Below, piece by piece: positions 9,882 to 22,386 of a stretch of DNA of 64,000 nt (position 1 is the first letter of the stretch; every line of letters starts with the position of its first letter). The position numbers were made by a program, and so were the translations under genes. Source of the DNA: Squalus acanthias. Its lineage: Eukaryota. The notes beneath the pieces were generated by a model. That model did not search any database. It had not been told where the DNA came from and saw only the letters and a list, made by a program, of their open reading frames with translations. Where the stretch lies: positions 80,850,001 through 80,914,000 of the forward strand of contig CM059432.1 of NCBI GenBank assembly GCA_030390025.1. The letters run 5' to 3'.

Positions 9882-12580
9882 TTTTTTTTCATCCATTCAC
9901 AGGATGTGTGCATCACTGGCAAAGCCAGCATTTATTGCCCATCCCTAATTGCCCTTGAGAAGGTGATGGTGAGCCACCTTCTTGAATCGCTGCAGTCCAT
10001 GTGGTGAAGGTACTCCCACAGTGCTGCTAGGCAGGGAGTTACAGGATTTTGCCCCAGTGACGATGAAGGAACGGCAAAATATTTCCAAGTCAAGATGCTG
10101 TGTGACTTGGAGGGGAATTTGGAGGTGGTGGTGTTCCCATGCGCCTGCTGCCCTTGTCCTTCTAGGTGGTAGAGGTTGCGGGTTTGGGACGTGCTGTCGA
10201 AGAAGCCTTGGCGAGTTGCTGTAGTGCATCTTGTAGATGGTACACACTGCGGCCACGGTGCGCCGGTGGTGGAGGGAGTGAATATTTAAGGTGGTGGATG
10301 GGGTGCCAATCAAGCGGTTTGCTTTGTCCTGAATGATGTCGAGCTTGTGTGTTGTTTAAACTGCACTCATCCAGGCAAATGGAGAGTATTCCATCACACC
10401 TAGCACAAATATTAAGCTAATTTAAGTTATTTTTTATCTGTTCACGGGATGTGGGCATTGCTGGCAAGGCCAGCATTTATTGCCCATCTTTAATTGCCCT
10501 TGAGAACATGGCTGTGAGCCGCCTTCCTGAACCGCTGCAGCACAAAGGAAGATGGTTGTTGGAAGTCAATCATCTCAGCCCAAGGACATCGCTGCAGGAG
10601 TTCCTCAGGGCAGTGTCCAAGGCCCAACCACCTTCAGCTGATTCATAAATGACCTTCCCTCCATCATAAGGTCAGAAGTGGGGATGTTCGCTGATGATTG
10701 CACAGTGTTCAGTTCCATTCACAACTCCTCAGATAATGAAGCAGTCCATGCCCGCGTGCAGCAAGACCTGGAGTACATTCAGGCTTGGCCTGATAAGTGG
10801 CAAGTAACATTCATGCCACACAAGTGCCAGGCAATGACTATCTCCAACAAGCAAGAGTCTATCCACCACCTCTTGACATTCAACGGCATTACCATCACCG
10901 AATCCCCCACCATCAATATCCTGGGGGTCACCATTGACCAGAAACTTAACTGGACCAGCTACATAAGTACTGTGGCGACAAGAGCAGGTCAGAGGCTGGG
11001 TATTCTGCGGCGAGTGTCTCACTTCCTGACTCCCCAAAGCCTTTCCACCATCTACAAGGCACAAGTCAGGAGTGTGATGGAATACTCTCCACTTGCCTGG
11101 ATGAGAGCAGCTCCAACAACACTCAAGAAGCTTGACACCATCCAGGAAAAAGCAGCCCGATTGATTGGCACCCATCCACCATCTTAAACATTCACTCCCT
11201 CCACCACCGGCATACCGTGGCTGCAGTGTCTACCATCTACAAGATGCACTGCAGCAACTCACCATGCCTTCTTCGACAGCACCTCCCAAACCCGTGACTT
11301 CTACCAGCTTGAAGGACAAGGGCAGCAGGTGCATGGGAACATCATCACCTGCACGTTCCCCTCCAAGTTACACACCACCCTGACTTGGAAATATATCGCC
11401 ATTCCTTCATCGTCGCTGAGTCAAAATCCTGGAACTCCTTCCCTAACAGCACTATGGGAGTACCTTCACCACACAAACTGCAGCGGTTCAAGAAGGTGGC
11501 TCACCAGCACCTTCTCAAGGGCAATTAGGGATAAGCAATAAATGCTGGCCTTGCCAGCGACGCCCACATCCCAGGAACGAATAATTTAAAAAAATCACAC
11601 TCCTGACTTGTGCCTTGTAGATGGTGGAAAGTCTTTGGGGAGTCAGGTGCTGAGATACTCACCGCAGAATACCCAGGCTCTGACCTACTCTTGTAGCCAC
11701 AGTATTTATGTGGCTGTCCAGTTAAGTTTCTGGTCAATGGTGACCCCCCCAAGATGTTGATGGTGGGGGATTCAGCGATGGTAATGCCATTGAATATCAA
11801 GGGGCGGTAGTTAGACTCTTTCTTGTTGGAGATGGCGATTGCCTGGCACATGTGTGGCACGAGTGTTACTTGCCACTTATCAGCCAAGGCCTCATCAGTC
11901 CAGGTCTTGCTGCATGCGGGCATGGACTGCTTCATTATCTGAGGAGTTGCGAATGGAATGAACACTATGCAATCATCAGTGAACATCCCCACTTCTGAAG
12001 TTATGGTGGCGGGAAGCTCATTGATGAAGCAGCTGAAGATGGTTGGGCCTAGGACACTGCCCTGAGGAACTCCTGCAGCGATAGTCTGGGGCTGAGATGA
12101 TTGGCCTCCAACAACCACAACCATCTCCCTTTGTGATAGGTATGACTCCAGCCAGTGGAGAGTTTTCCCCCGATTCCCATTGACTTCAATTTTACTATGG
12201 CTCCTTGATGCCACACTCAAGTCAAATGCTACCTTGATGTCAAGGGCAGTCACTCTCACCTCACCTCCAGAATTCAGCTCTTTTGTCCATGTTTGGACCA
12301 AGGCTGTAATGAGGTCTGGAACCGAGTGGTCCTAGCGGAACCCAAACTGAGCATCAGCGAGCAAGTTTTTGGTAAGTGCCACTTGATAGCACTGTCGACA
12401 ACACGTTTGCTGATGATTGAGAGTACAATGATGGGGCGGTAATTGGCCGGATTGGATTTGTCCTGCTTTTTGTGGACAGGACAGACTTGGGCAGTTTTCC
12501 ACATTGTCGGGTAGATGCCTGTGTTGTAGCTGTACTGGAACAGCTTGGCTAGAGGCGCAGCTAGCACAAGTCTTCAGCAC
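9882..12580 (-). mobile_element. 5'-truncated copy of the single-ORF LINE, interrupted at 10400-11593
   Basis: Minus-strand RT and tail. Sequence is contiguous across ATCACAC duplicated at 10393-10399 and 11594-11600. Confidence 0.85.
10400..11593 (+). mobile_element. Nested opposite-orientation copy of the same LINE (RT 3' half plus tail)
   Basis: ORF 10678-11187 with FADD motif, family tail and poly-A, flanked by 7-bp ATCACAC duplication. Confidence 0.85.
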
Positions 12581-12849
12581 AACTTGGAGTTTTCAAATTT
12601 TATCATACCTGTCAATACAATGTTGGGGTCAACTTCGCAAGACTTTACAGAAAACTACAGTCCTTTACTTTCTTAGCTTTATATTAATATTCTTGATAAG
12701 TCATGTGCATAATAATAGTTACTACTGGAAATTAATGCTTCCAATAATTTACAGGACGGATAACATTATAAGTTAATGAAAGCAATTCCAAAATAAATTG
12801 TACGATTAACTTCCCTCTCGCCCAATTTAACTCAACAGTATTGGAAGGC

Positions 12850-13260
12850 AGCGAATCTTCATTTGCTCCAGGCCCGCAGCTCAGGACAGGAATAGCGCTG
12901 TTTGCATTGCAGCCAATGGACGCACTCGGAAGGCGGGGCTTTGCTGCTCGCGGATCATTCCCAGTTTGGTAAAAAGGCAACGAAGAGAGGAGGAGGAGCT
13001 GGATCTTCACGCGCCAGTCCTCAGATTGACCAGGTCGGTGGCCAATGGGCGAGGCCATCCTATCCTACACTGCGCGAAATCCGTCGCTAGGGAGCAACCG
13101 GGAGACGCAACGCCTTGTGTTTGCCAGGAAACAGCAACTAACAACTTGCCTCTGTGTTAGGAAAGCGGACAGCACTCCGGCTTTCACAACTTCAACATTG
13201 CGGTGCAATTCGAAAAAGTGCATCATCCGCAAGTTACATTCGTGAAACATTAGTTATCCA
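12850..13260 (+). promoter_or_regulatory. CpG-rich promoter / 5' region of C8orf34
   Basis: Non-repeat CpG-dense stretch just upstream of the first coding exon. CCAAT boxes near 12913 and 13042, GC box GGCGGGG near 12931, X-box-like motifs near 13083 and 13120. Confidence 0.6.
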
Positions 13261-13373
13261 GTAAAAGAAAGTTTGCAGAGTCCGTATTATTTTCTTAAAA
13301 TTTTTGTATGTTATAAAATTGTGGGGTTTTAAAAAAACGGTGTTTGTTGCACAGTGATAGGAGGATCATTTTG

Positions 13374-13439
13374 ATGGCGTCTCAGCAGTCTAGAATTCAA
13401 GCCTACCTGGAGAAAAACAAGATTGGTCCACTGTTCGAG
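13374..13439 (+). CDS. C8orf34: First coding exon of C8orf34 (VEST1) orthologue; start of an RIIa/Dpy-30-like docking domain
   Basis: Translates [22 protein letters not shown], matching my recollection of human [23 protein letters not shown]. Phase-0 donor GAG/GTGAGA at 13440. Too short for the ORF track. Confidence 0.93.
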
Positions 13440-15679
13440 GTGAGACTGCTTTATAATGATAAAATGTTTTAAAATGGGCGAAAACGCGGCACACGAGGAA
13501 CACAAGTAGTCGTCGAAAGCTGGAGTTACCCGATATGTCAATTTAGAAAGGGTAACAGAAATACATTAAACTAGTGAGGAGTATTAAACCTGCAGTATTT
13601 TACATGTGGAAACATATAGCCAATTCTTGGTAGAGAAGGGATATTCGTGATGTGAAATATTGAATCTGTTGAAATGTATGTAGCCAGAAAAGGTGTAATA
13701 TCTCTCAAAGTACAGGGCAGGCTGCCTTAAATCTTTTGGTGGCACATTATGTGCGGATTCTTATCACTGGAACATATTTCCGAAACCTTACAGTGTAAAT
13801 TGATCATGGTTCGTTACGGGTTAAGTGCTATTTAAATAAAGTAGGAAATGGTTATTAGAACGTGCAGTAGTTCATTTTTTTCTCTTACCGAAGTTGTCAT
13901 ATTGAACTCCTTAGGACAATAAATGGTCTTTTTAAAACTGATAAAACAGCTCACTGCCGAGGCGTTGTAAACTTGTCATTGTCATAGAGACAGACATGTC
14001 AGCACTCGAAGGAGACATACACAGGAGACATTTGTCACAAGTGTATAAACATGACTTTGACGAGTAAAGTAAAGCTTTCCTTTTGCCGGCACTTTCACAC
14101 TGTTGATCTACAAATCATCTCGCTATGCTTCTATCCAATTACTGTATTTAATATTTCCGATGGCCCTCGTTTGTGGTTTTAAAAAACCCTTCATGGTCAC
14201 CGACAGAATAACATGCCCCGCAGTCTGCGGGAAAACCATCCTTTTATGAAAAGGGAAATTTCTGCAGCAAGTAGATTGAGTACCTGAGCCCATCACAAGT
14301 GGTGGAAGAGTCCCCTCGGTGAAAATGACGGGCTGTGGGAATCGGCGCACGCGTATTTCAGCAGCGGCAGGGATACAAGTCATTTGGATTCTCCGAACAG
14401 TGACTCTTAAAGGGACACTGCCTTTGTGAAATAAGTATGAATATTTTTCGTTTGCTTACAATTGCACAACCTGAGAGAGTAGACTGTTTTCAAATATATC
14501 GTTAAGCCATTGGCGCGCAACGTCATCCTGATGAAATGGATTCGCCTCCTGGTTCTCCTTTCCTAAACAAGGGGGGAAAGGTTTGTCAAACACTTCTGAA
14601 TGAAAACGGTGCCCTTTTATCTCTATCCTTTATTAAATGGGTATTTTCGGAGTCAGCAGATCGTCCAATAATTCATACAGTAGTGATGCGCCCATGCTGT
14701 TTTTAATAATTAAGATATGCATAGCACAAGATAATTTGCAGAATTAAAGCACGGAGTCTAAACTGTCATTTCAGAACATGTCAGTACAGATAAAACCATA
14801 GTTGGTTTCTTTGTAGCGGTGTTTTTTCCCTTGCTTGTCCTATTTTTCTCTAGTTTTATCTTTTCTCCAGATTCTGATAGACTCTTGTGCGAGTAAAGAT
14901 AGTGAGTGGGTCTTACTGTAAGTTACTCAATCTTCCTTGTTTTACTGTGAATATTTGAGTTATTAATTTAAGGAATAGATATAATTGCCTGATTTTCAAT
15001 TTTGAAGCTTAATTAATTTGAATACAAATTCTAACCTTTGGGACATGAACAATTATATGCAATGTTCTAGAATATTTTTCTGTGAAGGCGGTAACTATGG
15101 TGACTATATCAATCAATAGTAGTAAAACGTAACACTAATACTGGTGAAGAGATAGCACAAGAAAGAGGCAGAAATTCTGCGTTCTGAATAAGACTGAAAG
15201 GTGCTTTTGTTGCTAATGGCTCCAGAATGATAGCATTTTTGAAGTCTGCCAGTATGTGCTATGGCCTGTCGCACAGTAGCAGGGCCTTTGGTATGCTTTC
15301 TGCAATGGTACGATCATTTGTGAACAACATACTCATCTTAGTTAATCGTAACTACTAGTTAATTTTGTTGAAGATAAGACACCCAGTTGCAAGATCTGTA
15401 AATGTACTGTAATATAAAACCTATAGTGGACAAACCCATTCTAGTAAAAAAAAAAAATATAGCCAGAACACTGCAAACACACAGCTTCAGCATTGCACAT
15501 ACTTCATTGCAGTAGTGCAAGTCTTGGAGCAGCAATATGAGTTTTTAGGGAGTGGATAAATGCAGTAGTTTGATGTATGTTCTGTAACATTTCCTGTCCT
15601 GGAGTCCATCTAGATAGTGATTTTCAGTTGGTACAATATTTCGAAGACTAAACTTGTAACAAATTACTTTATCAACTAC

Positions 15680-17065
15680 AAAAACAGAAAATGCTGGGAG
15701 CACTCAGCAGGCCAGGCAGCATCCCACTCTCGCCCTGAACTAGAAAATGTCATTCACTTTGCTTCCAATTTCCACCCTTCCCTCACCTTCACATGGTCCA
15801 TCTCTGACTTTTCCCTTCCCTTCCTCGACTTCTCTGTCTCCATTTTTGGGGATCGACTATCGACGGACATCCACTATAAGCCCACTGACTTCCACAGCTA
15901 CCTCAACTACACTTCCTCCCACCCCGCTTCCTGTAAGGACTCTATTCCATTCTCCCAGTATCTCTGTCGCCGCCGCATCTGTTCTGACGATGCCACCTTC
16001 CATACTAGTGCTTCTGCTGTGTCTTCCTTTTTCCTCAACCGAGGATTCCCCTCTACCGTGGTTGACATGGCCCTCGACCATGTACATTCCATTTCCCGCA
16101 CTTCTGCTCTCGCCACTTCCCCTCCCTCCCAGAACCACGATAGGGTCCCCCTTGTCCTCACCTTTCACCCCACCAACCTCCACACTCAACGGATCATCCT
16201 CCGCCATTTCCGCCACCTCCAGTGTGATCCCACCACCAAACACATCTTCCCCTCCCCTTTCAGCATTCCAAAGGGACCGCTCCCTTCGCGACCCCCCCCT
16301 GGCCTACTCAATTACCCCCCAACACCCCCTCCCCTCCTCACGGCACCTTCCTGTGCAGGCGCAGGAGATGCAACACCTGCCCTTTTACTTCCTCCCTTCT
16401 CACTGTTGAGGGCCCCAAACACTCCTTCCAGGTGAAACAGTGATTTACTTCTTGCAATTTAGTATACTGTATTCGCTGCTCACGATGCGGTCTCCTCTAC
16501 ATTGGGAAGACCAAACGCAGATTGGGTGACCGCTTTGCATAACACCTCCGTTCAGTCCGTAAGGGTGACCCCAAGCTTTCGGTCGCCTGTCACTTTAATT
16601 CCCCGCTCCACTCCAACCTCTCCATTCTCGGCCTCTTACACTTTTCCAACAAAGCTCAACGCAAGCTTGAGGAACAGCACCTCATCTTTCGATTAGGCAC
16701 TTTACAGCCTTCTGGACTCAACATCGAGTTCAACAATTTCAGACCATAACCTCTGCCCCTATTTTTTCACAAGGCAGCTGTTGATGATTCTGCCATTCCC
16801 ATTTGCAACATTTAACCACTCCTGCCTTCCATCTATTACAGACTATCCCTTTTGTTCTTTCCTCCCCCCCCCCCTCCCCCTTTCCCTGCCCCTGCACTTG
16901 CTTAAAATCTGTTACATCTCTAACTTTTTCCAGTTCTGACAAAGGGTCACAGACCTGAAACGTTAACTCTGTTTCTCTCTCCACGGATGCTGCCTGGCCT
17001 GCTGCGTGTTTCCAGCATATTCTGTTTTTGTTTCAGATTCCAGCGTCTGCAGTATTTTGCTATTG
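15680..17065 (+). mobile_element. Penelope-like element, 5'-truncated, RT C-terminus plus GIY-YIG endonuclease
   Basis: LPFLD, YKPTD.HSYL, CNTCP, LVYCIRCSRCGLLYIGKTKRRLGDRF motifs. 5' inverted copy (15680-15723) of the 3' repeat. 15-bp TSD TACTTTATCAACTAC at 15665-15679 and 17066-17080. Confidence 0.92.
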
Positions 17066-19487
17066 TACTTTATCAACTACCCTTACAAATGTTATTAAAT
17101 ACATGCAGATGAAGGTTTACTGGGGAAAAATTACTGAAGAAATGACTTGCCTAGAGCATCTTATCATGTCCCAGAGCACTTTACAACCAATAACTTACTT
17201 CTGAAGTGCAATCATTGTGTTATGTAGACAAGCACTTTGTGAATGAATGACCAGAAAATAAACATGTTTTAGTTGAGGATGACTGGCACCCAAAGCTTTC
17301 TGGACAAAAATAGGGTTTATTTTCTGTATTCTGATCTAGTTTCATGTGCACTTTAAAACGCTGCTGCACATATATTTACTGAGCCACTGTCCAGCAAACC
17401 ATTTTCACAGCACCAAGGCTGTTCATGATACACCATTAACTTTACTTTTAAGTTTGTAAAGAAAATAACCATTTATTCCTCCACTAAGCTGCTTTTCATC
17501 CAAGAAAATAAAGAAACTTTGGCCTAGATTTTCCCCTTGGATGCAAGCTTACAACCAGAGTTTACATGCTAATAATAACCATGACCAATTAAAACAATTT
17601 TACACAATGGTAGTAACACCTTAAGGTCAAAGGAAGAATAGAAAATGTTGCCAGATTTACTGATTCTGCAACACTGGGTTTTTCCTTTGCTTGGACTGGT
17701 CTGTTTTGACTTGGGCAGATGGCTTGTGCACTTTTAAGAGCATTTACAATGGAAGTGGGGAAATAGGTTTGTGAGACTTTGCCTATTGCATTGTGGCCCC
17801 TGTTGTGATTCGGGCATTGCCCAACACTCTAATTGTGCTTCGTAAAAAAGATAGCTTTTAGAGATCTCCGCTTCTCTTATAAATCAAAAGTTAATTGTGT
17901 GTGTCGTGAAAGGGAATGCCATACAGAACTAACTATATACCATTTTTAACTGCTAGGTTTTATCAGCAAGAGTACCAGTTGCCCATCATGCACTGCTGAT
18001 CACTAAGTGAAAACACCACACTGACGGCCATATAATTCAGGCTAAAACTTCTTCATCAAATTCATTGTAAGACTTAACATAATACGAAAGCAAACCGATC
18101 AAATGGCAATACAGATCTCTCCTACTTTAAACTGTTTTTGAGGCCAAAATACCAAGTCTTCGAAAGACAGAACCGAGGTATTTCTAGCTCCGTGGAGTTC
18201 AATCTCATTGCATTGACTTGGATATGCAGTCCAAACAAGTGAACTCAAGAACCTAAAATGTACCTAGCAGTCTTTTTTTTGAAGTCAAGTCAGGTTCATT
18301 TGAAGAACATCCTTCTGCCCACCCCTGGATCAAAGCAGGCTTTTTGTGTCACTGTCATTAATTGAGAGACGACCACTGTTTTACCATCAGGATGCCACCT
18401 GATGGGTCAGTCAGTATAGGTAATGTCTGTCCCCTTATCTAATAAATTGCTAGTTCAAACAATTTTGCTTTCTCGCAGACAGCCTGGACCTGTTCTTAGC
18501 TGGTGCTCTTATGAGGAAAGGCAATTCCATTTCCATCCTAGTTTGTCCCCTTTCTTATATTTGTTATGAAAGCATAAAACACCACAACTTTATAATCCAC
18601 AGCAGGATGAAACTTCACTTCTGTCACAGCCCCAACTTTTCTACTCAGCTGGAAATTCTACCATTACGTTACCCGCAATTTTGGCTGCATTCATCCTCCA
18701 GGCACTCTCTCTGAATCTGAGAGTTCTCAGCAGTAGTGGAGAATGCAGTATTGAGAATTTAGCAACAGAGTAATCTGGAAGCAACCACTGACTGCAAAAT
18801 CTAATAATTTCTCTCCAGTCACTGAGCTAATCTATAGCTGCTGTAAATTTTAAACATTTGTGCTCAAGATGAGGGATATTAGTGCTGGGGAATGGAACAC
18901 CCAAGGTAGATATGAAGCAGAGATCATTCCAATCTGTATTAATCTCTTTTTGAGATTGTCAATTCTGTGGTGAACTGGGTGCAATTTTTAGCTATAGGTT
19001 AATTCCCAATAGGAACTAGATTGAAGCTGACCAAACTTTTTCTATGTAAAAGACTTGCAGTTAGCAGAAAGTTTCTGTGGCAGGTACGGTAGGTGGACCT
19101 TTGATACACTGAACACTAAACTCACTCTCACTGTAACTAAACTTTTACGTCGGTAATGATTTACGTTACTTACTGCTTTATACCTTGAGCATAAGAAAGC
19201 TTGCCTATCAAGCTTGTTTTTTCCAAAGACATGTGCTGGGTATGGTAGCATAGTGGTTATGTTACTGGACTAGTGATCTGGAAGACATGAGTTCAAATCC
19301 CACCATGGCAACTGAAAAATTTAAATTTGGTTAATTAACTAAACCTGGCATAAAAAGCTAGTGTCAGTGATCATGAATCTACCGGATTGGCATAAAAACC
19401 CATCTGGTGCATTAATGTTCCTTTAGGGAAGGAAATCTGCTGTCTTTACCTAGTCTGGCCTATATGTGGCTCCAGATCGACAGCAAT

Positions 19488-20155
19488 AGGTCCCTGAAGG
19501 TGGCGGGATATTTTGAGTGGTTAGCAAAGCATATAGGAACTTGGGCTTCATAAATAGAGGTATTGAGTACAAAAGTAGAGAAGTTATGCTGAACCTTTAT
19601 AAAGCGCTGGTTAGGCCACAACTGGAGTATTGCATCCAGTTCTGGTCACCACACTTTAGGAAGGATGTGAAGGCACTTGAGAGGGTGCAGAGGAGATTTA
19701 CCAGAATGGTTCCGGGGATGGTGGATCTTGGCTACAAGGACAGGTTGGAGAATCCGGATTTGTTTCCATTAGAGCAAAGGAGGCTGAGGGGTGATTTGAT
19801 AGAGGTGTACAAGATTATGACGGGTTTGGATAGACTAGACGGGGAAAGGCTGTTCCCACTAGTTGATGGTACAAGGACTAGGGGACACAGATTTAAGGTT
19901 TTGGGCAAGGGATACAGGGGGGGATGTGAAGAAAAACTTTTTTACGCAGCGAGTGGTGATGACCTGGAACTCGCTGCCGATGGAAGTGGAGACACTCAAT
20001 GTTTTCAAGGGGAAACTGGATAGGCACTTGAGGGAAATAAACTTGCAGGGCTATGGAGATAGAGCGGGGGAATGGGACTGACTGGATTGCTCTACAGCGA
20101 GCCAGCATGGACTCGATGGGCCGAATGGCCTCCTTCTGTGCCGTTATGACTCTAT
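19488..20155 (+). mobile_element. CR1 LINE 3' fragment
   Basis: LYKALVRPQLEYCIQFWSP, RRLRGDLIEVYK; tail GGGCCGAATGGCCTCCTTCTGTG...TATGACTCTATG. Close match to 38417-39090. Confidence 0.92.
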
Positions 20156-20970
20156 GGGCACGATCTTGCCATCCCTGGTGAAGCGGGTATGGAGGCGGGA
20201 CTGCTGGAAAAAGACAATTTGGGGGCGGGTGCCCAACCCGCCTCCATGCCATCTTCCTGGGAGGCGGGTAGCCGTCCCACGCCGGGTCCCGTCTCCTTGC
20301 AGGCGGGAAGGGAAATAAAGCCTATTAACTGCCTGTTAACAGGTAGTTCACGGGCAGAAAATAGGATTATTCCCATTTTGCCCTAAAGTGCGGGCTTCCC
20401 GAAGGCTCCGAAACCCACCAGGTCAGCGAGGTGTGTAGGGGGTCTGCGGGGTGCAAAAGTGTGGTGTGAAGGTAAGTGATGGGTGCAAGTGTGGAGAGGT
20501 GAGTATCTGAGGTAAGTGGAAAGTGTTATTAAAAGTGTACTTACCTTTGTTTCTTCCTGCAGGCTTCAGTCGGTGTGTATGCGGAGAGTCTCGGACCTCC
20601 GCGTTGGAGATGACAGATGGCCGTTGCATTCTCCAATGTAACAACCATCTCAATTCTGCAAAAGAAAGAAGTTTGATGAGGTCTTGAATTCAAGACCTCC
20701 TCAAACTACAGAGAATGTCACTGTTTGACCGCTTCACAGAGCTGTCAAACGATGACAATTCATTTGTCAAATTTTTGACCGATGAAACGTCATACGTTGA
20801 CGTTCTCTGCAACAGGCTTTCCCTTAATTGGCCTGCTAAGCTCGCTGGGCGGGCTTAACAAGGTCAATCAAGGGAAAATAGCGTGGGTTGGCCAGAAGTT
20901 GTTGGAGGCAGGACTGAAACCCGACAAGTGGGAGTCCCGCCTCCAAAAGCTCCCCATTGTCATCGAGACA
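20156..20970. mobile_element. Harbinger-derived non-autonomous element
   Basis: Shares blocks (GCGGGCTTAACAAGG.CAATC; CCTGTTAACAGG) with 57710-58584. Right end degenerate. Confidence 0.6.
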
Positions 20971-21695
20971 TAGGAAGTGATTTTGTCAATGTGGTTGACT
21001 CTTAACTGCTCTCTGAAATGGCCTGACAAGTCACTCAGTTGTACCAAACCACTACAGAGAAGTATACAAAGAATAAAACTGGACGGACCACCCGGCACCG
21101 GATGAGACAGGCACACTCAACCCTGCAAAATCCTCCTCACTAACATCTGGAGATTTGTGCCAAAAGTGGGAGCGCTGTCCCACAGACGAGCCAAGCAACA
21201 GCCTGACATAGACATATTCACAGAATCATGCCTTTCAGCCAACGTCCCAGACTCCTCAAACACCATCCCTGGGTCTGTCCTGCCGGTGGGACTAAGGTGG
21301 CGGCAGAGTGGTATACAGTCAGGTGAGAGTCCTCAACTTTGACTCCAGAGGCCATGAAGTCTCATGGCATCTGGTCAAACATGGACAAGGAAACCTCCTA
21401 CTGATTACCACCTACTGCCCTCTGATGAATCGGTACTCCTCCATGTTGAACAACACGTGGAAGAGGGCAGCAAGGGCACAGAATGTACTCTTGGTGATGG
21501 ACATTGAAGTCCCCCACCCAGAGTGCCACGGTAGCACCACTACTGACCGACCTGGCCGAGTCCTGAAGGACATAGCTGCCAGACTGGGACTGCGGCAGGT
21601 GGTGAGAGAACACACACGAGGAAAAAACCTACATGACCTCATCCTTGCCAATCTACCTGTTGCAGTATTGGTAGCATAGTCCTTGTGAAGATGAA

Positions 21696-22386
21696 GGGGG
21701 AAAAATTCGGTTGCTTTGCGCCTCCCATTAGCACCCTAAGAGGGTGCTAACTGGGCGCAAAGCAACTAGCGTCTGGGCACGGCGCCGAAAATGCCTCCCA
21801 CAAAATTCAGTAAGAGGTTAGCGGTGGCGGTATCCGTTAGCGCCCCGCGGTGCTGTGCTGCCGGCGATGACATCATCGCCATGTGCAGCGCCCCGGCCAC
21901 GATCTTCGGTAGCGCCCCCTGACTTACCGCCAGGCGCTATGTCCGACAGGGTCAGGGGGGCCTACCTGCAGCCGGGGCGGCGCTAATTAAAGGCGATGTG
22001 CCGGGCGGCCAATTTTGTTGCTGGCTGCCTGCCAGCACCTGCCCCCGTTGCCGGTCCCCCCCCCCCCCCCCCCCCCCCCTCCTGCGGAGAGCCGGTTGCG
22101 CTCAGTGAGTCCGGCACTCCTCTTGAGTGCCGGGCTCTTTTGCCGGCACTGTGATCCCTGGTGGCCCAGCTGGGCGCCGGGACGCACTGCACCAGGCCCC
22201 TCCCCTTTAAGAAGGGGAGGAAGGCTTGCAGTACCACGGCACGTAGCGCCGCAATATTCCCTCGCAGCGCCCCAAGGGGGAGACCATTCAATTTCGGCCG
22301 TGGGGGTGCTAATTTTTTCGGGGCGCTAGAATTAGCACCCCGCCAAAGTTAGCACCCCAAAGGGGGCGCGACTTAATTTTCCCCCC
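21696..22386. mobile_element. Harbinger MITE (691 bp)
   Basis: TIRs GGGGGAAAAATT / AATTTTCCCCCC. 3-bp TSD GAA, supported by the empty site GATGAAGTC in LINE copy 3 near 54127. Confidence 0.9.

Noticed and set aside
19238..19310. Functional tRNA gene
   Set aside because: A and B boxes are present, but I see no complete acceptor stem or T-run terminator, and it continues into retroelement sequence.
21983..22352. Gly/Pro-rich short ORFs (also 49885-50422 and 50620-51007)
   Set aside because: Artefacts of GC-rich MITEs and poly-C tracts.
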